Positions 9,775 to 20,154 are shown, numbered from the stretch's first letter. The stretch: DNA of 64,000 bases from Nitrosopumilus sp. (GCA_965205215.1 OZ242041.1:1472001-1536000), one strand, 5' to 3'. The notes: a model not told the origin generated them from the letters alone. A program made the numbers and translations.

Positions 9775-12159
9775 ATGAGCAGCAGCAGCAACCGCGGCGA
9801 CGAAGCCCACATGCACGGCGACAACGACACCGACAAAAACACGGATGGCAGTAACAGCGAGGATCTCGGCAGCGCCGCCTGCCGCCGACGCGTCCGTATT
9901 GGCATAGATGTGGGGGGCACGTTCACAAAGGCTGTCGCAATAGACTCTGCCACAGGGGACATCGTCTCGGTATCTACGGTGCCGACCACGCACGATGCCC
10001 GGCGTGGCGTGTCGGATGGAATACTTGATGCGTTTACGCGCGTGGTGCATGATTCGGACACGATGCTCGGCGACATAGATCTGGTCGCGCACAGCACCAC
10101 GCAGGCCATAAACGCTCTGCTTGAGGGCGACACGTACCCTGTCGGGATCGTGGCAATGGGCGTCGGCCCGACAAAAAAGGACGTCATTAAAAGAACCCGG
10201 CTAGATGAAGGCAGCTCAATACTTCAAAGCCATAAGGGCAGTTCAAACAAGAACCTGCACACGTACCACGAATTCCTAGACACGTCACACCTGATAACAG
10301 AGCAAGAGGTCTCAGGCGTGATAGCGCGCATGCGCGACTCGGGCGCCAAGTGCATAGTCGCCACTGAGATGTTCGGGGTAGACGATCCCGCAAACGAGGA
10401 GTTTGTCGCAGAGCAGGCGGCAGCAGCTGGACTGCCATGCACCGCGTCGCATGAGATATCGGGCACGTACGGGCTTGAGATTCGCACGCTGACTGCGGCC
10501 GTGAACGCAAGCATAATGCCAAAGACGCTTCAGGTCGCCGACTTTGTCGAGGGGGCCATGTCAGAGGCCGGCGTCACCTCCCCCCTGCTGATAATGCGCG
10601 GCGACGGGGGGGTCACCAGCATGTCGACGTTCCGCTCGAGGCCCATCCTTACGGTGCTGTCCGGCCCCGCCGCCAGCGTGGCGGGCGCGCTCTTGCACCT
10701 GCGCGTCACAAACGGGATATTCATAGAGGTGGGTGGCACCTCGACTAACATCTGCATAATAAAGGATGGCAGGCCCGAGATACGCTACGTTACTATACGC
10801 GACCACCCCACGTGCATACGCTCTATGGATGTCCGGATAGTGGGGGTGGCAGGGGGCAGCATGGTTGTGGTGCGCAAGAAGCGCGTACACCGCGTCGGGC
10901 CGAGGAGCGCCCACATTGCGGGGCTGCGATACGCATGCTATGCAGAGGACGCATCGGATATAGAGTCGGGGCAGCTTGTCATGATAAGCCCCCGGCCAAA
11001 CGACGAGCCCGAATATGCGGCAATAAGGTGCAGCGACGGCACTACCTACGCAATAACGAACACGTGCGCCGCAAATGCGCTCGGGCGCATACCGAGCGGC
11101 GATTATTCCGAGTGCGGCAGCAGCGGTGGCGGCAGCGAGGCTGCCGCAAAAGCCGCCCTGCGCAAGCTCGGTGACGCCATGGGGGTCTCGTATTCGGAGG
11201 CCGCGATGTCGGTAATCCTAACGTCCGCCCAGGAGATTACAAAGACAGTGAGCCGGGTCCTAAAAGAGTACCAGATGGAGGCCCGGACAACAAAGGTGAT
11301 AGGGGGTGGCGGAGGGGCGTCCGTGCTCGTCCCGGAGGTGGCAAAAAACATGGGCATGGCATACGAGAAGGCCCCGCATGCGGAGGTCATATCGTCAATA
11401 GGCGTTGCGTCATCCATGCTGCAGGAGGAGCTTGAGGTTGCAATGTCTGATCCGACGCCGGAGATGATATCTGCGGCCCACAAGGATGCGCGCACCGGCC
11501 TGATCAAGAAGGGAGCCGTCCCGGAGTCCGTCAGGATAGACAGCCGGCACATATCGGACAAGGGAATACTGCGCATTACGGCAATCGGCAGCGTTGCAAT
11601 GGAGGAGGCCTCTGCCGGCCTGCATGGGACGGGTGCAGGCGGGACGGGATCTGGTCGCGGCAGCAATGGCGGCGGCCAAGACGACAGGGTCGCAGCGGCG
11701 GCGCCGACTGCAGCGGCTGCGCCGTCCGGTGCCGGGGTGCTTGCCGCATTCGGCCCCGATGAGGCGCTCAAAAGGGCGTCTGAGATAATGCAGGTGGACG
11801 CCGGCCTGATAAACCTGGAGTTTGAGTCGGATCACTTCATGGCGATGGTCGGACCAGCGGCGCGGCGGCGCCTGTTTGGCAAGAATGACAGGCGGCGAGT
11901 CTTGGTGCTTGACAGATTTGGCAGGTCAAAGTTGGACGTTGCATGCGGCGTGATCTTTCACGGCGACAAGCATGCCGTAACCGAGAAGCTTGATGACTAC
12001 ATGAAGTCCAGACACTCCGGGATAGCCCCGCCCGTCCATCTGATAGACGACGTCAGAATGCTGGACTATTCCGGGCTGACATCGCCGTCTCACGTGCTGA
12101 GCGCCGTACATGACGAGCTGGCCGAGGATGCAAGAGCGGCCATAATAATAGAGACATGA
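9775..12159 (+). CDS. Hydantoinase/oxoprolinase family protein
   Basis: IGIDVGGTFTK, HSTTQAINALLE, SGPAAS, EVGGTSTN, VAGGS motifs. Confidence 0.9.
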   Translation: MSSSSNRGDEAHMHGDNDTDKNTDGSNSEDLGSAACRRRVRIGIDVGGTFTKAVAIDSATGDIVSVSTVPTTHDARRGVSDGILDAFTRVVHDSDTMLGDIDLVAHSTTQAINALLEGDTYPVGIVAMGVGPTKKDVIKRTRLDEGSSILQSHKGSSNKNLHTYHEFLDTSHLITEQEVSGVIARMRDSGAKCIVATEMFGVDDPANEEFVAEQAAAAGLPCTASHEISGTYGLEIRTLTAAVNASIMPKTLQVADFVEGAMSEAGVTSPLLIMRGDGGVTSMSTFRSRPILTVLSGPAASVAGALLHLRVTNGIFIEVGGTSTNICIIKDGRPEIRYVTIRDHPTCIRSMDVRIVGVAGGSMVVVRKKRVHRVGPRSAHIAGLRYACYAEDASDIESGQLVMISPRPNDEPEYAAIRCSDGTTYAITNTCAANALGRIPSGDYSECGSSGGGSEAAAKAALRKLGDAMGVSYSEAAMSVILTSAQEITKTVSRVLKEYQMEARTTKVIGGGGGASVLVPEVAKNMGMAYEKAPHAEVISSIGVASSMLQEELEVAMSDPTPEMISAAHKDARTGLIKKGAVPESVRIDSRHISDKGILRITAIGSVAMEEASAGLHGTGAGGTGSGRGSNGGGQDDRVAAAAPTAAAAPSGAGVLAAFGPDEALKRASEIMQVDAGLINLEFESDHFMAMVGPAARRRLFGKNDRRRVLVLDRFGRSKLDVACGVIFHGDKHAVTEKLDDYMKSRHSGIAPPVHLIDDVRMLDYSGLTSPSHVLSAVHDELAEDARAAIIIET

Positions 12160-12265
12160 CGAAGAGGCTCTGCCGCCCTTACGTCTGCCGCAATGCATCT
12201 GCCGCCAAGCCGGCCCCCGTTGGTCTATGCTGCGGGCGCGTTTGGGACAGAACGGCCGCGGCCGG

Positions 12266-12517
12266 TCACGTATGGCCTTTGCCGGCCTTTTTGCGTTCTT
12301 GCGTAATCTCTACCTCTACTGCCTCAAGCGGCTCGTCCACCTGGTTGCGGCGTATTGAGAGCAGCTTTGGCTTCTCAAAGTCGGCCGTGCAGTCGGGGCA
12401 CGCATACACCAGCACCCTGTGTTCGTTTGGCGCCTTTGGGTTTGAGAGGCGCGGATAATACACGAGCCTCGCCCCGCAGTCCACGCAGTATCTGTTGGCC
12501 CTCCTGGTCCTAGGCAA
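12266..12517 (-). CDS. Small zinc-ribbon protein
   Basis: TTG start; YCVDCG...YACPDC. Confidence 0.75.
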   Translation of the reverse strand: MPRTRRANRYCVDCGARLVYYPRLSNPKAPNEHRVLVYACPDCTADFEKPKLLSIRRNQVDEPLEAVEVEITQERKKAGKGHT

Positions 12518-12675
12518 CCGCGTACAGCCCCATGACACTGGATGGCCGGCCCGGTATTTACCGTATGCGGTACGGGGCCGGCGCGCAGGAGCCTGCATGG
12601 CGTGCGGGCGGGTTGCGGCAGTGGTGCGACGGCGATGCGGGCGGCAATGACGGTGGCGGGGTGAAGAAGGTGTGA

Positions 12676-12752
12676 TGGCGCCGCCCATCAGACTTGAACT
12701 GACGACCGTCCGATTAACAGTCGGATGCTCTACCACGCTGAGCTAGGGCGGC
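12676..12752 (-). tRNA. tRNA-Asn(GTT), CCA encoded
   Basis: GCCGCCCTAGCTCAGCGTGGTAGAGCATCCGACTGTTAATCGGACGGTCGTCAGTTCAAGTCTGATGGGCGGCGCCA folds as a cloverleaf; TATA-like GTTAAAT about 28 nt upstream. Confidence 0.97.
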
Positions 12753-12799
12753 CCTTGGGTAGCGTCCGGGCATTTGTGATTTAACCCTTGCGTCCTGCA

Positions 12800-14547
12800 T
12801 AGCGTGTTGCATAATTCCCCAAGCTGCCCCGCTCGAAGGGTGCGGCTCTGCAGCATGGTGCAGGCCGCTCGGCTGCCCCGCAAACCGAACAGGACGTACT
12901 GCGTGCCTCCGCGCCATGGTGCCGGTACGGTTCCCCGGCAACAGGCGGCAAGCAAGCCGCGCTTCCAGGCCTGCGGAGAGTACGGGCAAGGCACGGCGCG
13001 TTACGCGCCTTGACGCCCTGCGGGTACCGACACGTATTGTCCGGGGCCGTATTTAACGGGCCGTGCCGCGGGTGCGGCTTCAGCTGACAGGCGCGGGTGG
13101 TTAAATATGCACGATGCGAGATCCCACCGGCTAACTAATGATGGGATCAACGCACATGCAACTGCATGTCACGGGGCGCGAATTTAACGGCAGCTGCGCG
13201 CTGCGGCATCCCCCGGGGCCGGGTGCGGCGGGTGCGGCGTGAGCGGGGACGCGGACGGGAGCAAGGCGGGAAGGGCGAGGCCCGGCAGGAAAAGGCCGAG
13301 GCAGGAATCCTGGCGCAGGACCAACGCCAGGTACGTGGGACGGGCAAGGCACCTTTTCGGGGTGCTGCGCCAGCTGGCCGATCTCCGCCGGAACGACGCC
13401 GAGCTGGCCGCCATGAACCACAAAAAGCGCGGCCGCCCCTACAAGTACACGCACAGCATGGTGGCGGCCATATCGTTCCTGCGCGACAGGCTGCAGCTCG
13501 ACTTTAGGGGGTGCGAGGGCATGGCGGCCGCGTTCGCGGACGGCGGGGGCCCCGAGTTCACCACCATATTCAGGAGGATCAGCTCCCAGGACGCGCCCAT
13601 AGGGGGGAGCCTCTCAGGCGTCACATGCGAGGACGTCGCGATAGACCTTGTCCCGGACGGTACCGGTATGACGCCCGCCGTGCGCAGCGAGTACCTGCGC
13701 GTCACGCACAGGCTGAAGCGCGGCTTTTTCAGGCTTACGATAATGATCAACAAGAAGACGCTGGAGATCGTCGCGTTCGAGCTCACGGACGACTCGGTAG
13801 GCGAGCCCACCGTGTTCAGGCCGCTCCTGGAAAACGCCCTGGCAAACATGGGGGTGGATCCTGACGGGAGGCGCAAGGCGGTCTCGGGGCAGAAAAACAG
13901 CCGCGGCAGGACGTACGCCGCCATCACGCTGATGGCCGACGGCGGGTACGACAGCAGGGAGATCTTTTCGGAGTGCAGGAGGCTGGGCATCCGGACGCGC
14001 ATACGCGTCCGCAAGAACGCCAACTGCAGGGCGGACGGAACGGACAGGGCGCGGGCCGAGGCGGTGCTCGAGCAGCTCGGGGGAGGATCCGGCGTTACGG
14101 CCGAGGAGTACGCCGCCATGGACGAGGCGGAGCGCGAAAGGAACCGCAAAGAGTGGAAGAAGCTAGTCGGCTACGGGACCCGGTGGCTTGTAGAGATTGT
14201 CATATCGGCGTTCAAGAGGACGTACGGCGGCTCCGTAATGGCAAGGAAGCTGGGGTACATACGCCAGGAGATCCGGCTGAAGATCCGCACGTACAACACG
14301 ATGCTACGGGTCGGCAGGGAGGCGGCCGCGGAGGCCTGACCGGCCCAGGCCGATCGCCGCCTGCCTCCCGCCGCATGCCATGCGCATGCGGGCAGCCTGC
14401 AGCCGACGAACCTCGTCCAGAAACAAGACGTTGCGGCGGGGGCCCTGCAATGCGGTCGGCACACCTGGCGCGCGCCACAGCAACCCTGTGATCGTCAAGC
14501 GAGGATGGCATTTTGCCAAGGAGGTCGACGAATTATGCAACACGCTA
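12800..14547 (+). mobile_element. IS5-family insertion sequence (IS903/ISH1-like), intact
   Basis: Perfect 18-bp TIRs TAGCGTGTTGCATAATTC (12800-12817) and GAATTATGCAACACGCTA (14530-14547); flanking direct repeat GTCCTGCA at 12792-12799 and 14548-14555. Confidence 0.95.
13239..14339 (+). CDS. IS5-family DDE transposase
   Basis: RGRPYKY, PDGTG, ADGGYDS, GYGTRWLVEIVISAFKR. Confidence 0.93.
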   Translation: MSGDADGSKAGRARPGRKRPRQESWRRTNARYVGRARHLFGVLRQLADLRRNDAELAAMNHKKRGRPYKYTHSMVAAISFLRDRLQLDFRGCEGMAAAFADGGGPEFTTIFRRISSQDAPIGGSLSGVTCEDVAIDLVPDGTGMTPAVRSEYLRVTHRLKRGFFRLTIMINKKTLEIVAFELTDDSVGEPTVFRPLLENALANMGVDPDGRRKAVSGQKNSRGRTYAAITLMADGGYDSREIFSECRRLGIRTRIRVRKNANCRADGTDRARAEAVLEQLGGGSGVTAEEYAAMDEAERERNRKEWKKLVGYGTRWLVEIVISAFKRTYGGSVMARKLGYIRQEIRLKIRTYNTMLRVGREAAAEA

Positions 14548-14636
14548 GTCCTGCATGTCGTGTTGCCGGCGGGCTCTGGGTGCTCGATGGATCATCTGCT
14601 GTTACTGCAGCGGGCAGTATGCGTGCGGCCCGCCTA

Positions 14637-17600
14637 TCATCTGCACACATTTTTGAAGGCGCCACCAAAACCCGGACCGGACGGGGGCGTGGCAAGGATG
14701 TCCGACGTATAGTATCCGGCCCCGAATATCAGGCCGTCAAACATGACGAGCCACGAGCGCTTGGTCTCCGCCTCGCCGGTCACGGGGTTGGTGTGCGGGT
14801 AGCTGACCCACGTGCCGGTTCCCCTGCTTATCACGTCTATAATGTCTCGTGACAGGTGCGCCGAGGTAATGGCGCCCCAGTCGGTGACGTAGCCTATCGC
14901 GTCGGGATCCACGTTCTGCGCCACCGTGTTCCCGGTTTCTGGGTCGACCACAAAGGCGTACGTGGTGAACGGCGCATCGGGGATCGAATTGATGGAGGCG
15001 ATGGCGGCGTCCCTGCCGTCGCGCTCGTACTCTAGTATGCGGCTGTGCGACGCCGACTGCACGCTAGAATCCAGTATGTAGTATCCGGACCCGAACACCA
15101 GCCCGTCGTGCAGCTGGAGGTACGAGCGCTTGAACTGTTCGACATCCGTGGCGGGGTTGTGGAAAATGTACGTCACCCACAGGCTTCCCTTCTCCTCGAG
15201 CTCTGCAAGCACGTCCCCGGGTGTTCTTGCAGACGTGTCGAGTATGGTCTCCGGCTGCCCGACCCGGGCGGGCACGACGCCGTCTGCCAGCCTGGTCCAG
15301 GTGGCCGCGTCTATCACGAACGGGTAGAGCGCGTCAGTCGTGATGGGCGCATCCGGCGTTATGATGTCGATCCACGCGTCGTCTGCCTGGTTAGTCTCGT
15401 AGATGCGTATCGCGTTGCTGACTGCAAACCTGACGTCTAATGCTGGTATGTCTGACGTATAGTATCCGGCCCCGAATATCAGGTCGTCGAACATGACGAG
15501 CCACGAGCGCTTTGTCTCTTCTTGGCCGGTTACGGGGTTGGTGTGCGGGTAGCTGACCCATGTGCCGGTTCCCTTGTCTGTCGCGGCCCTGATGTCATCA
15601 GCTCGGTGCACGGCCACGATGGCATCCCAGTCGGAGACTCCTATTAGTCTTGGATCGGCGTTTTGCGCCACCGTGGACCCCGTCGAAGAATGTACGGCAA
15701 AGACGTACGTGGATACGGGACTTTCGGGGATCGTGTTGATGGAGGCAAGGGCGGCGTCCCTGCCGTCGCGCTCGTACTCTAGTATGCGGCTGTGCGACGC
15801 CGACTGCACGTTGGACTCCAGCACATAGTAGCCGGACCCGAACACCAGCCCCTTGTGCAGCTGGAGGTACGAGCGCTTGAGCTGCTCCACGCCCGTGGCG
15901 GGGTTGTGGAATATGTAAGTCACCCACAGGCTTCCCTTCTCCCTGAGCTCTGCAAGCACGTCCCCGGGTGTTCGTGCAGACGTGTCGAGTATGGTCTCGG
16001 GCTGATTGACCCGGGCGGGCACGACGCCGTCTGCCACCCTAGTCCAGTCGCTAGCGCGTATCACAAACGGATATAGCGCGTCAGTCGTGATGGGCGCGTC
16101 CGGAGTTATGATGTCGATCCACGCGTCGTCTGCCTGGTTGGTCTCGTAGATGCGTATCGCGTTGCTGACTGCAAACCTGACGTCTGACTCGGGTATGTCC
16201 GACGTATAGTATCCGGCCCCGAATATCAGGCCGTCATGCATGGCAAGCCACGCGCGCTTGGTCTCCGTCTCGCCGGTCACGGGGTTGGTGTGCGGATAGC
16301 TGACCCACATGCCGGCTCCTTGGCCCGTGGCGTCGATGATCTCTTGCGCCGACAGCACGCCTGTGATGGCGTCCCAGTCGGTGACGGAGCCTATCGCGCC
16401 GGGATCCACGTTCTGCGCCACCGTCTCCCCGGTTCGTGGGTCGACCACAAAGGCGTACGTGGTGAACGGCGCGCTGGGGATCGTGTTGATGGAGGCGATG
16501 GCAGCATTCCTGCCGTCGTTCGAGTACTCTAGCATCCTGCTTTGCGTTACTCCCTGGACGTGGGAGTCGAGCAGATAGTAGCCGGATCCAAAGACTATGC
16601 CGTCGTGCAGCTGGAGGTACGAGCGCTTGAGCTGCTCCACGCCCGTGTCTGGATTGTGGAACGTGTACGTCACCCACGTCCTGCCGTTGGCCCTCAGGTC
16701 GGCAAGCACGTCCTCGACTGATCTTGCAGACGTGTCGAGTATAGTCTCCGGCTGCCCGACCCGGGCGGGCACGACGCCGTCCGCCAGTCTGGTCCAGGTG
16801 GACGCGTTTATCACGAACGGGTATAGCGCGTCTGTCCTGATGGGCGCGTCCGGCGTTATGATGTCGATCCACGCGTCGTTCTCCCGGTTGGATTCGTAAA
16901 TGAACCTCGCATAGTCGGTGACCGACTGTGCGTCTGCATCTGAAACGATATACGTCGCCCCGAACAGATAGGAGTCATAAAACATCCAAAAGGTGCGCTG
17001 GATCTGCTCTGTGCCGGTAAGCGGGTTGACAAATGAAAATTGTGACCACAGCGATCCCCCGCTTCTTATGAGCGCCTCTCTCGCATCTGCAAAATTCCTT
17101 AATCCCTCCACTTGGGGCGACGTCCCGATCAGGCCGGGCACTGCACCGTGCGCAACTATGTGCGTCGCGTTTCTGACTACTGGAAAGACGTCTATCCTGT
17201 TGAGGGCCCCGGAGTTTATCGTCTCGAAGCCGGTCTGGGGGTTGTTCCTGTATGTGAATATTGCGTCGTCGACCACTGACTGCAGCCTGATATCGGGCAG
17301 TGAGTAGCCGGCGCCAAAGATGTACCCATCGTGCAGGGATAAGTAGGTGTGGGTAAGCTGGTCTGTCTGGGTGGCAGGGTTTCGGGCCATGTGCCATATC
17401 CAGATGCCTTTCTCGGCGTCCAGTCTTTCGTTGATGCGCTTCAGGGATATGTCTGCCGACGCAAGGTGCGTATCAGTCGTGCCCACCAGCCCGGGGGATC
17501 TGCCATGGGCCTCTATTCTCAGGGTATCAGCATCAAGCACAAAAGTAGACCGCGTTGAGAACGGATCCGGCTCATTCGGCGTTATGAGGTTAAACGCCCT

Positions 17601-18566
17601 ATCCCCGCGCGCCGTATACAGGATTATGGCCGCATCCACCAGTGACTGGGCCGTGGAGTCGTGCGGATAGTATCCGGATCCAAACACATAGCCGTCATGC
17701 AGGTAGAGCCACGTTCGCTTGAGCTGCTCTATGTCCGTGGCCGGATTGTGAAACGTATACGTCACCCACGTACCCTCGTTTGCACTGAGATCCAGACGGA
17801 CGCCGTCGACGGACCTGCTGGAGGTGTCAAGGATGGTATCTGTCCGCCCCACCCTATCAGGCACCACCTCGTCTGCCACCCGCATCCAAGACGAGTATTC
17901 TATCACAAACAGGTACAGCTCGTCCGTCAGGACGGGACTGTTGGGAGTAATACTGTTAAAAAAGGCCTGCGCATTACCGTGCGATTCGTACTGCCTTACC
18001 TTTTCCTCTATGAACAGCTGGACCTCGGAGTCTGCGAGGTAGTGGCCGGCGGCAAATATGTAGCGGATGCCGTCGTCGCCGACGTGCAGTTGCAGCAGGG
18101 TCCGCTTTGCCTGGTTCTGGCCGTTGGCCGGGTTTATGCCGATGTGCTCTATCCACGTCTCGCCATTCTGCGCCAATTCGGCGCGAATCTGAGGGAGGGG
18201 CTTGTCTGCCCTGGCCAGACCGTGTGCAGTTTGGCCGACAAAATTTGGAACCGCCCCGTGCGCCACGATCTGTAAGTTGTCGGCCCTTACGACAAACGGA
18301 GTTATCTTGTTTACGTTTGACACTCTTTCGGGCGTGATAGTATTGAATGCCTCCTCGCCCTGCGCGACGTACAGATTCACTGCCCGTGTTACCTCTGCCT
18401 GAACCCGCGACTCTATGCTCCCAAGATCATATGCGGTGCGCACTTGGGCCTCTGCGTCGGTTACAAGTGCAGGGATGGCGCACAGTGCAAACGCGATCAG
18501 CGCAATTGTAATGGATGAGGTCGCATTCGTCTTGATCGGGCGCAGGGCATCAAGTATCATACTCAT
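14637..18566 (-). CDS. Exported protein with 10 tandem single-Cache (sCache_2-like) domains
   Basis: Signal peptide (..AIPALVTDAEAQ); ten units of about 120 aa with YxFV..A(H/D/Q)x..WVxY..NP.TG..K..HDG..FGxGYY; no TM, kinase or MCP domain; start probably 18566 or 18560. Confidence 0.85.
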   Translation of the reverse strand: MSMILDALRPIKTNATSSITIALIAFALCAIPALVTDAEAQVRTAYDLGSIESRVQAEVTRAVNLYVAQGEEAFNTITPERVSNVNKITPFVVRADNLQIVAHGAVPNFVGQTAHGLARADKPLPQIRAELAQNGETWIEHIGINPANGQNQAKRTLLQLHVGDDGIRYIFAAGHYLADSEVQLFIEEKVRQYESHGNAQAFFNSITPNSPVLTDELYLFVIEYSSWMRVADEVVPDRVGRTDTILDTSSRSVDGVRLDLSANEGTWVTYTFHNPATDIEQLKRTWLYLHDGYVFGSGYYPHDSTAQSLVDAAIILYTARGDRAFNLITPNEPDPFSTRSTFVLDADTLRIEAHGRSPGLVGTTDTHLASADISLKRINERLDAEKGIWIWHMARNPATQTDQLTHTYLSLHDGYIFGAGYSLPDIRLQSVVDDAIFTYRNNPQTGFETINSGALNRIDVFPVVRNATHIVAHGAVPGLIGTSPQVEGLRNFADAREALIRSGGSLWSQFSFVNPLTGTEQIQRTFWMFYDSYLFGATYIVSDADAQSVTDYARFIYESNRENDAWIDIITPDAPIRTDALYPFVINASTWTRLADGVVPARVGQPETILDTSARSVEDVLADLRANGRTWVTYTFHNPDTGVEQLKRSYLQLHDGIVFGSGYYLLDSHVQGVTQSRMLEYSNDGRNAAIASINTIPSAPFTTYAFVVDPRTGETVAQNVDPGAIGSVTDWDAITGVLSAQEIIDATGQGAGMWVSYPHTNPVTGETETKRAWLAMHDGLIFGAGYYTSDIPESDVRFAVSNAIRIYETNQADDAWIDIITPDAPITTDALYPFVIRASDWTRVADGVVPARVNQPETILDTSARTPGDVLAELREKGSLWVTYIFHNPATGVEQLKRSYLQLHKGLVFGSGYYVLESNVQSASHSRILEYERDGRDAALASINTIPESPVSTYVFAVHSSTGSTVAQNADPRLIGVSDWDAIVAVHRADDIRAATDKGTGTWVSYPHTNPVTGQEETKRSWLVMFDDLIFGAGYYTSDIPALDVRFAVSNAIRIYETNQADDAWIDIITPDAPITTDALYPFVIDAATWTRLADGVVPARVGQPETILDTSARTPGDVLAELEEKGSLWVTYIFHNPATDVEQFKRSYLQLHDGLVFGSGYYILDSSVQSASHSRILEYERDGRDAAIASINSIPDAPFTTYAFVVDPETGNTVAQNVDPDAIGYVTDWGAITSAHLSRDIIDVISRGTGTWVSYPHTNPVTGEAETKRSWLVMFDGLIFGAGYYTSDILATPPSGPGFGGAFKNVCR

Positions 18567-18656
18567 CTCTAATAAAAATGGGGGCATGAGTGTCCAAATA
18601 AATGCGTCGGTTTCGCGCTCTTGCAAATTCGGGGGCTGATGCATTGGCACATCTGG

Positions 18657-18740
18657 CAAACACCATTATTAAAACCGGCCCTGTGCCAAACCCAATTGTT
18701 ATTAAAACCGGCCCCTGTACCAAACCCACTTATTATTAAT
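18657..18740. repeat. About 33-bp tandem repeat upstream of the poly-Cache gene
   Basis: TTATTAAAACCGGCCC at 18666 and 18699; CAAAC(C/A)C three times. Confidence 0.8.
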
Positions 18741-18884
18741 ATTGGCACGCATGTCAAGCGTCATAGTAATGTTCCAAGACATATTGTCATAATGCATGCG
18801 CAATAAGCGGTTCTGTCGTCTGGCTGGTCCCGAACTCGCAAGAGCCCGGCTTCGGCGCCGCTGCCCTGTCGACGCTTCGCGGGG

Positions 18885-19190
18885 TCAGTTGAACCTCAAG
18901 AACGCGTCGCGTATGGAGTCGGAGCGCTTCTCCACGATGCTGGCAATCTCTGCATGCTCCTGCGCTGTGGGTTCCCGTCCGTATCTGGACTGCAGCGCGG
19001 ATGTGGCCGCACCGATCATCTCCCCTACAAAGAAGCCACACATAAAGTCCCCCACGTTCTGGCACCCCCACACGTCGGCGGTCCTGGGTGCGGGCCGCGC
19101 CATTCTGTGGATGTCCAGCATCTGCCCCACGTAGCCGTCAAGCCAGTCTGCAAACTCGGGGGCTAGTCCGCCGCCGTCCTTTTCGGCCAT
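18885..19190 (-). CDS. Hypothetical protein
   Basis: 101 aa; follows rpl6 on the same strand; DFMCGFFVGEMIG. Confidence 0.75.
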   Translation of the reverse strand: MAEKDGGGLAPEFADWLDGYVGQMLDIHRMARPAPRTADVWGCQNVGDFMCGFFVGEMIGAATSALQSRYGREPTAQEHAEIASIVEKRSDSIRDAFLRFN

Positions 19191-19211
19191 ACGCGCACCT
19201 AGTCCATGCGG

Positions 19212-19772
19212 CTACTTTTCGGCAATGCCCTTTGACTTTTCATACGCGTATATCCCGTCAAGGAAGACGCGGTGGTCCTTGCCCTTCACCCTGGTGGCGA
19301 GCTCTATGTTCGCGGCAGTCTGCGTCACGTCGGTCCACACGGCGCCAGTTATTACAACGTCGTCTCCCTTTGACACCACCTTCGTGGCGGGGCCCACTAT
19401 CCTGGTGCGGCGCGCGGCGCGCTCGCCCTGGAAGTTCTCTATTATGACCTCGCTGCCCTCGGCCTTTACCGTAATCGGAAAGTGGGCGAACACCACCTTC
19501 ATCTTTATGGTGTACCCGCTGACAAGCCCCTCGCAGATGTTTCTTATGATGGAGCGCGCCGTGTGCAGTATCGCGTAGTCCCGCTTGCGCGGGCCCGCCG
19601 CCTTCAGGGTTATGCGGCCGTCGGCCACCTCTATCCCTACGGGTATGCTCCTAAAGCTCTGGAACGTCTTACCCAGCGGGCCCTCGAATCCGAGCATGTG
19701 CTTTTTCTTTGTGACCGTGACGCCGTCGGGGACCTCCACCACGTCCTGCATCTTTTCGGGCCTAGTATACAT
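19212..19772 (-). CDS. rpl6: 50S ribosomal protein uL6
   Basis: VFAHFPI, NFQGER, DHRVFLDGIY. Confidence 0.97.
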   Translation of the reverse strand: MYTRPEKMQDVVEVPDGVTVTKKKHMLGFEGPLGKTFQSFRSIPVGIEVADGRITLKAAGPRKRDYAILHTARSIIRNICEGLVSGYTIKMKVVFAHFPITVKAEGSEVIIENFQGERAARRTRIVGPATKVVSKGDDVVITGAVWTDVTQTAANIELATRVKGKDHRVFLDGIYAYEKSKGIAEK

Positions 19773-20154
19773 ATCCGATCAGAAACCCCCCTATTCCCTT
19801 CTGCAGCGCCTCGCGGTGCGACATGACGCCCTGGTTTGTAGTGACAAGCAGCATGCCCCTGTCGTACGCCGGCAGGTACTGCTGCTCCCACTTTCCGAAC
19901 TCGTCGTTGCGCACCTTGAACCTGGGCGAGATTGCGCCGCACTTGTTTATCTTTGCAAGCAGCGTGATCTTGAACTTGCCGCCCCGCCTGTCGTCCACGT
20001 GCTCGAAGCTGCCGATGTACTCTTCGCGCTCCAGCGTCTTTAGCACCTCGACGGCGAGGTTCGAGGTGGGCAGTATGGTGCACTCGCGCTTGCGGCGCGC
20101 CTCGTTGTTGTATAAAGTGACAAACAGGTTTGCGAGTATGTTAGTTGCCGGCAT
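19762..20154 (-). CDS. rps8: 30S ribosomal protein uS8
   Basis: INKCGAISPRF, VTTNQGVMSH, GIGGFLIGYVY. Confidence 0.97.
   Translation of the reverse strand: MPATNILANLFVTLYNNEARRKRECTILPTSNLAVEVLKTLEREEYIGSFEHVDDRRGGKFKITLLAKINKCGAISPRFKVRNDEFGKWEQQYLPAYDRGMLLVTTNQGVMSHREALQKGIGGFLIGYVY

Noticed and set aside
14637-14660. The poly-Cache protein and the FN3 fragment both end in VCR-stop
   Set aside because: Only three residues match and the flanking DNA is unrelated; likely chance.
18657-18740. Possible mini-CRISPR
   Set aside because: The copies are contiguous, with no unique spacers and no cas genes.
18885-19212. The ribosomal cluster stops after rpl6
   Set aside because: A split here appears normal for this lineage.
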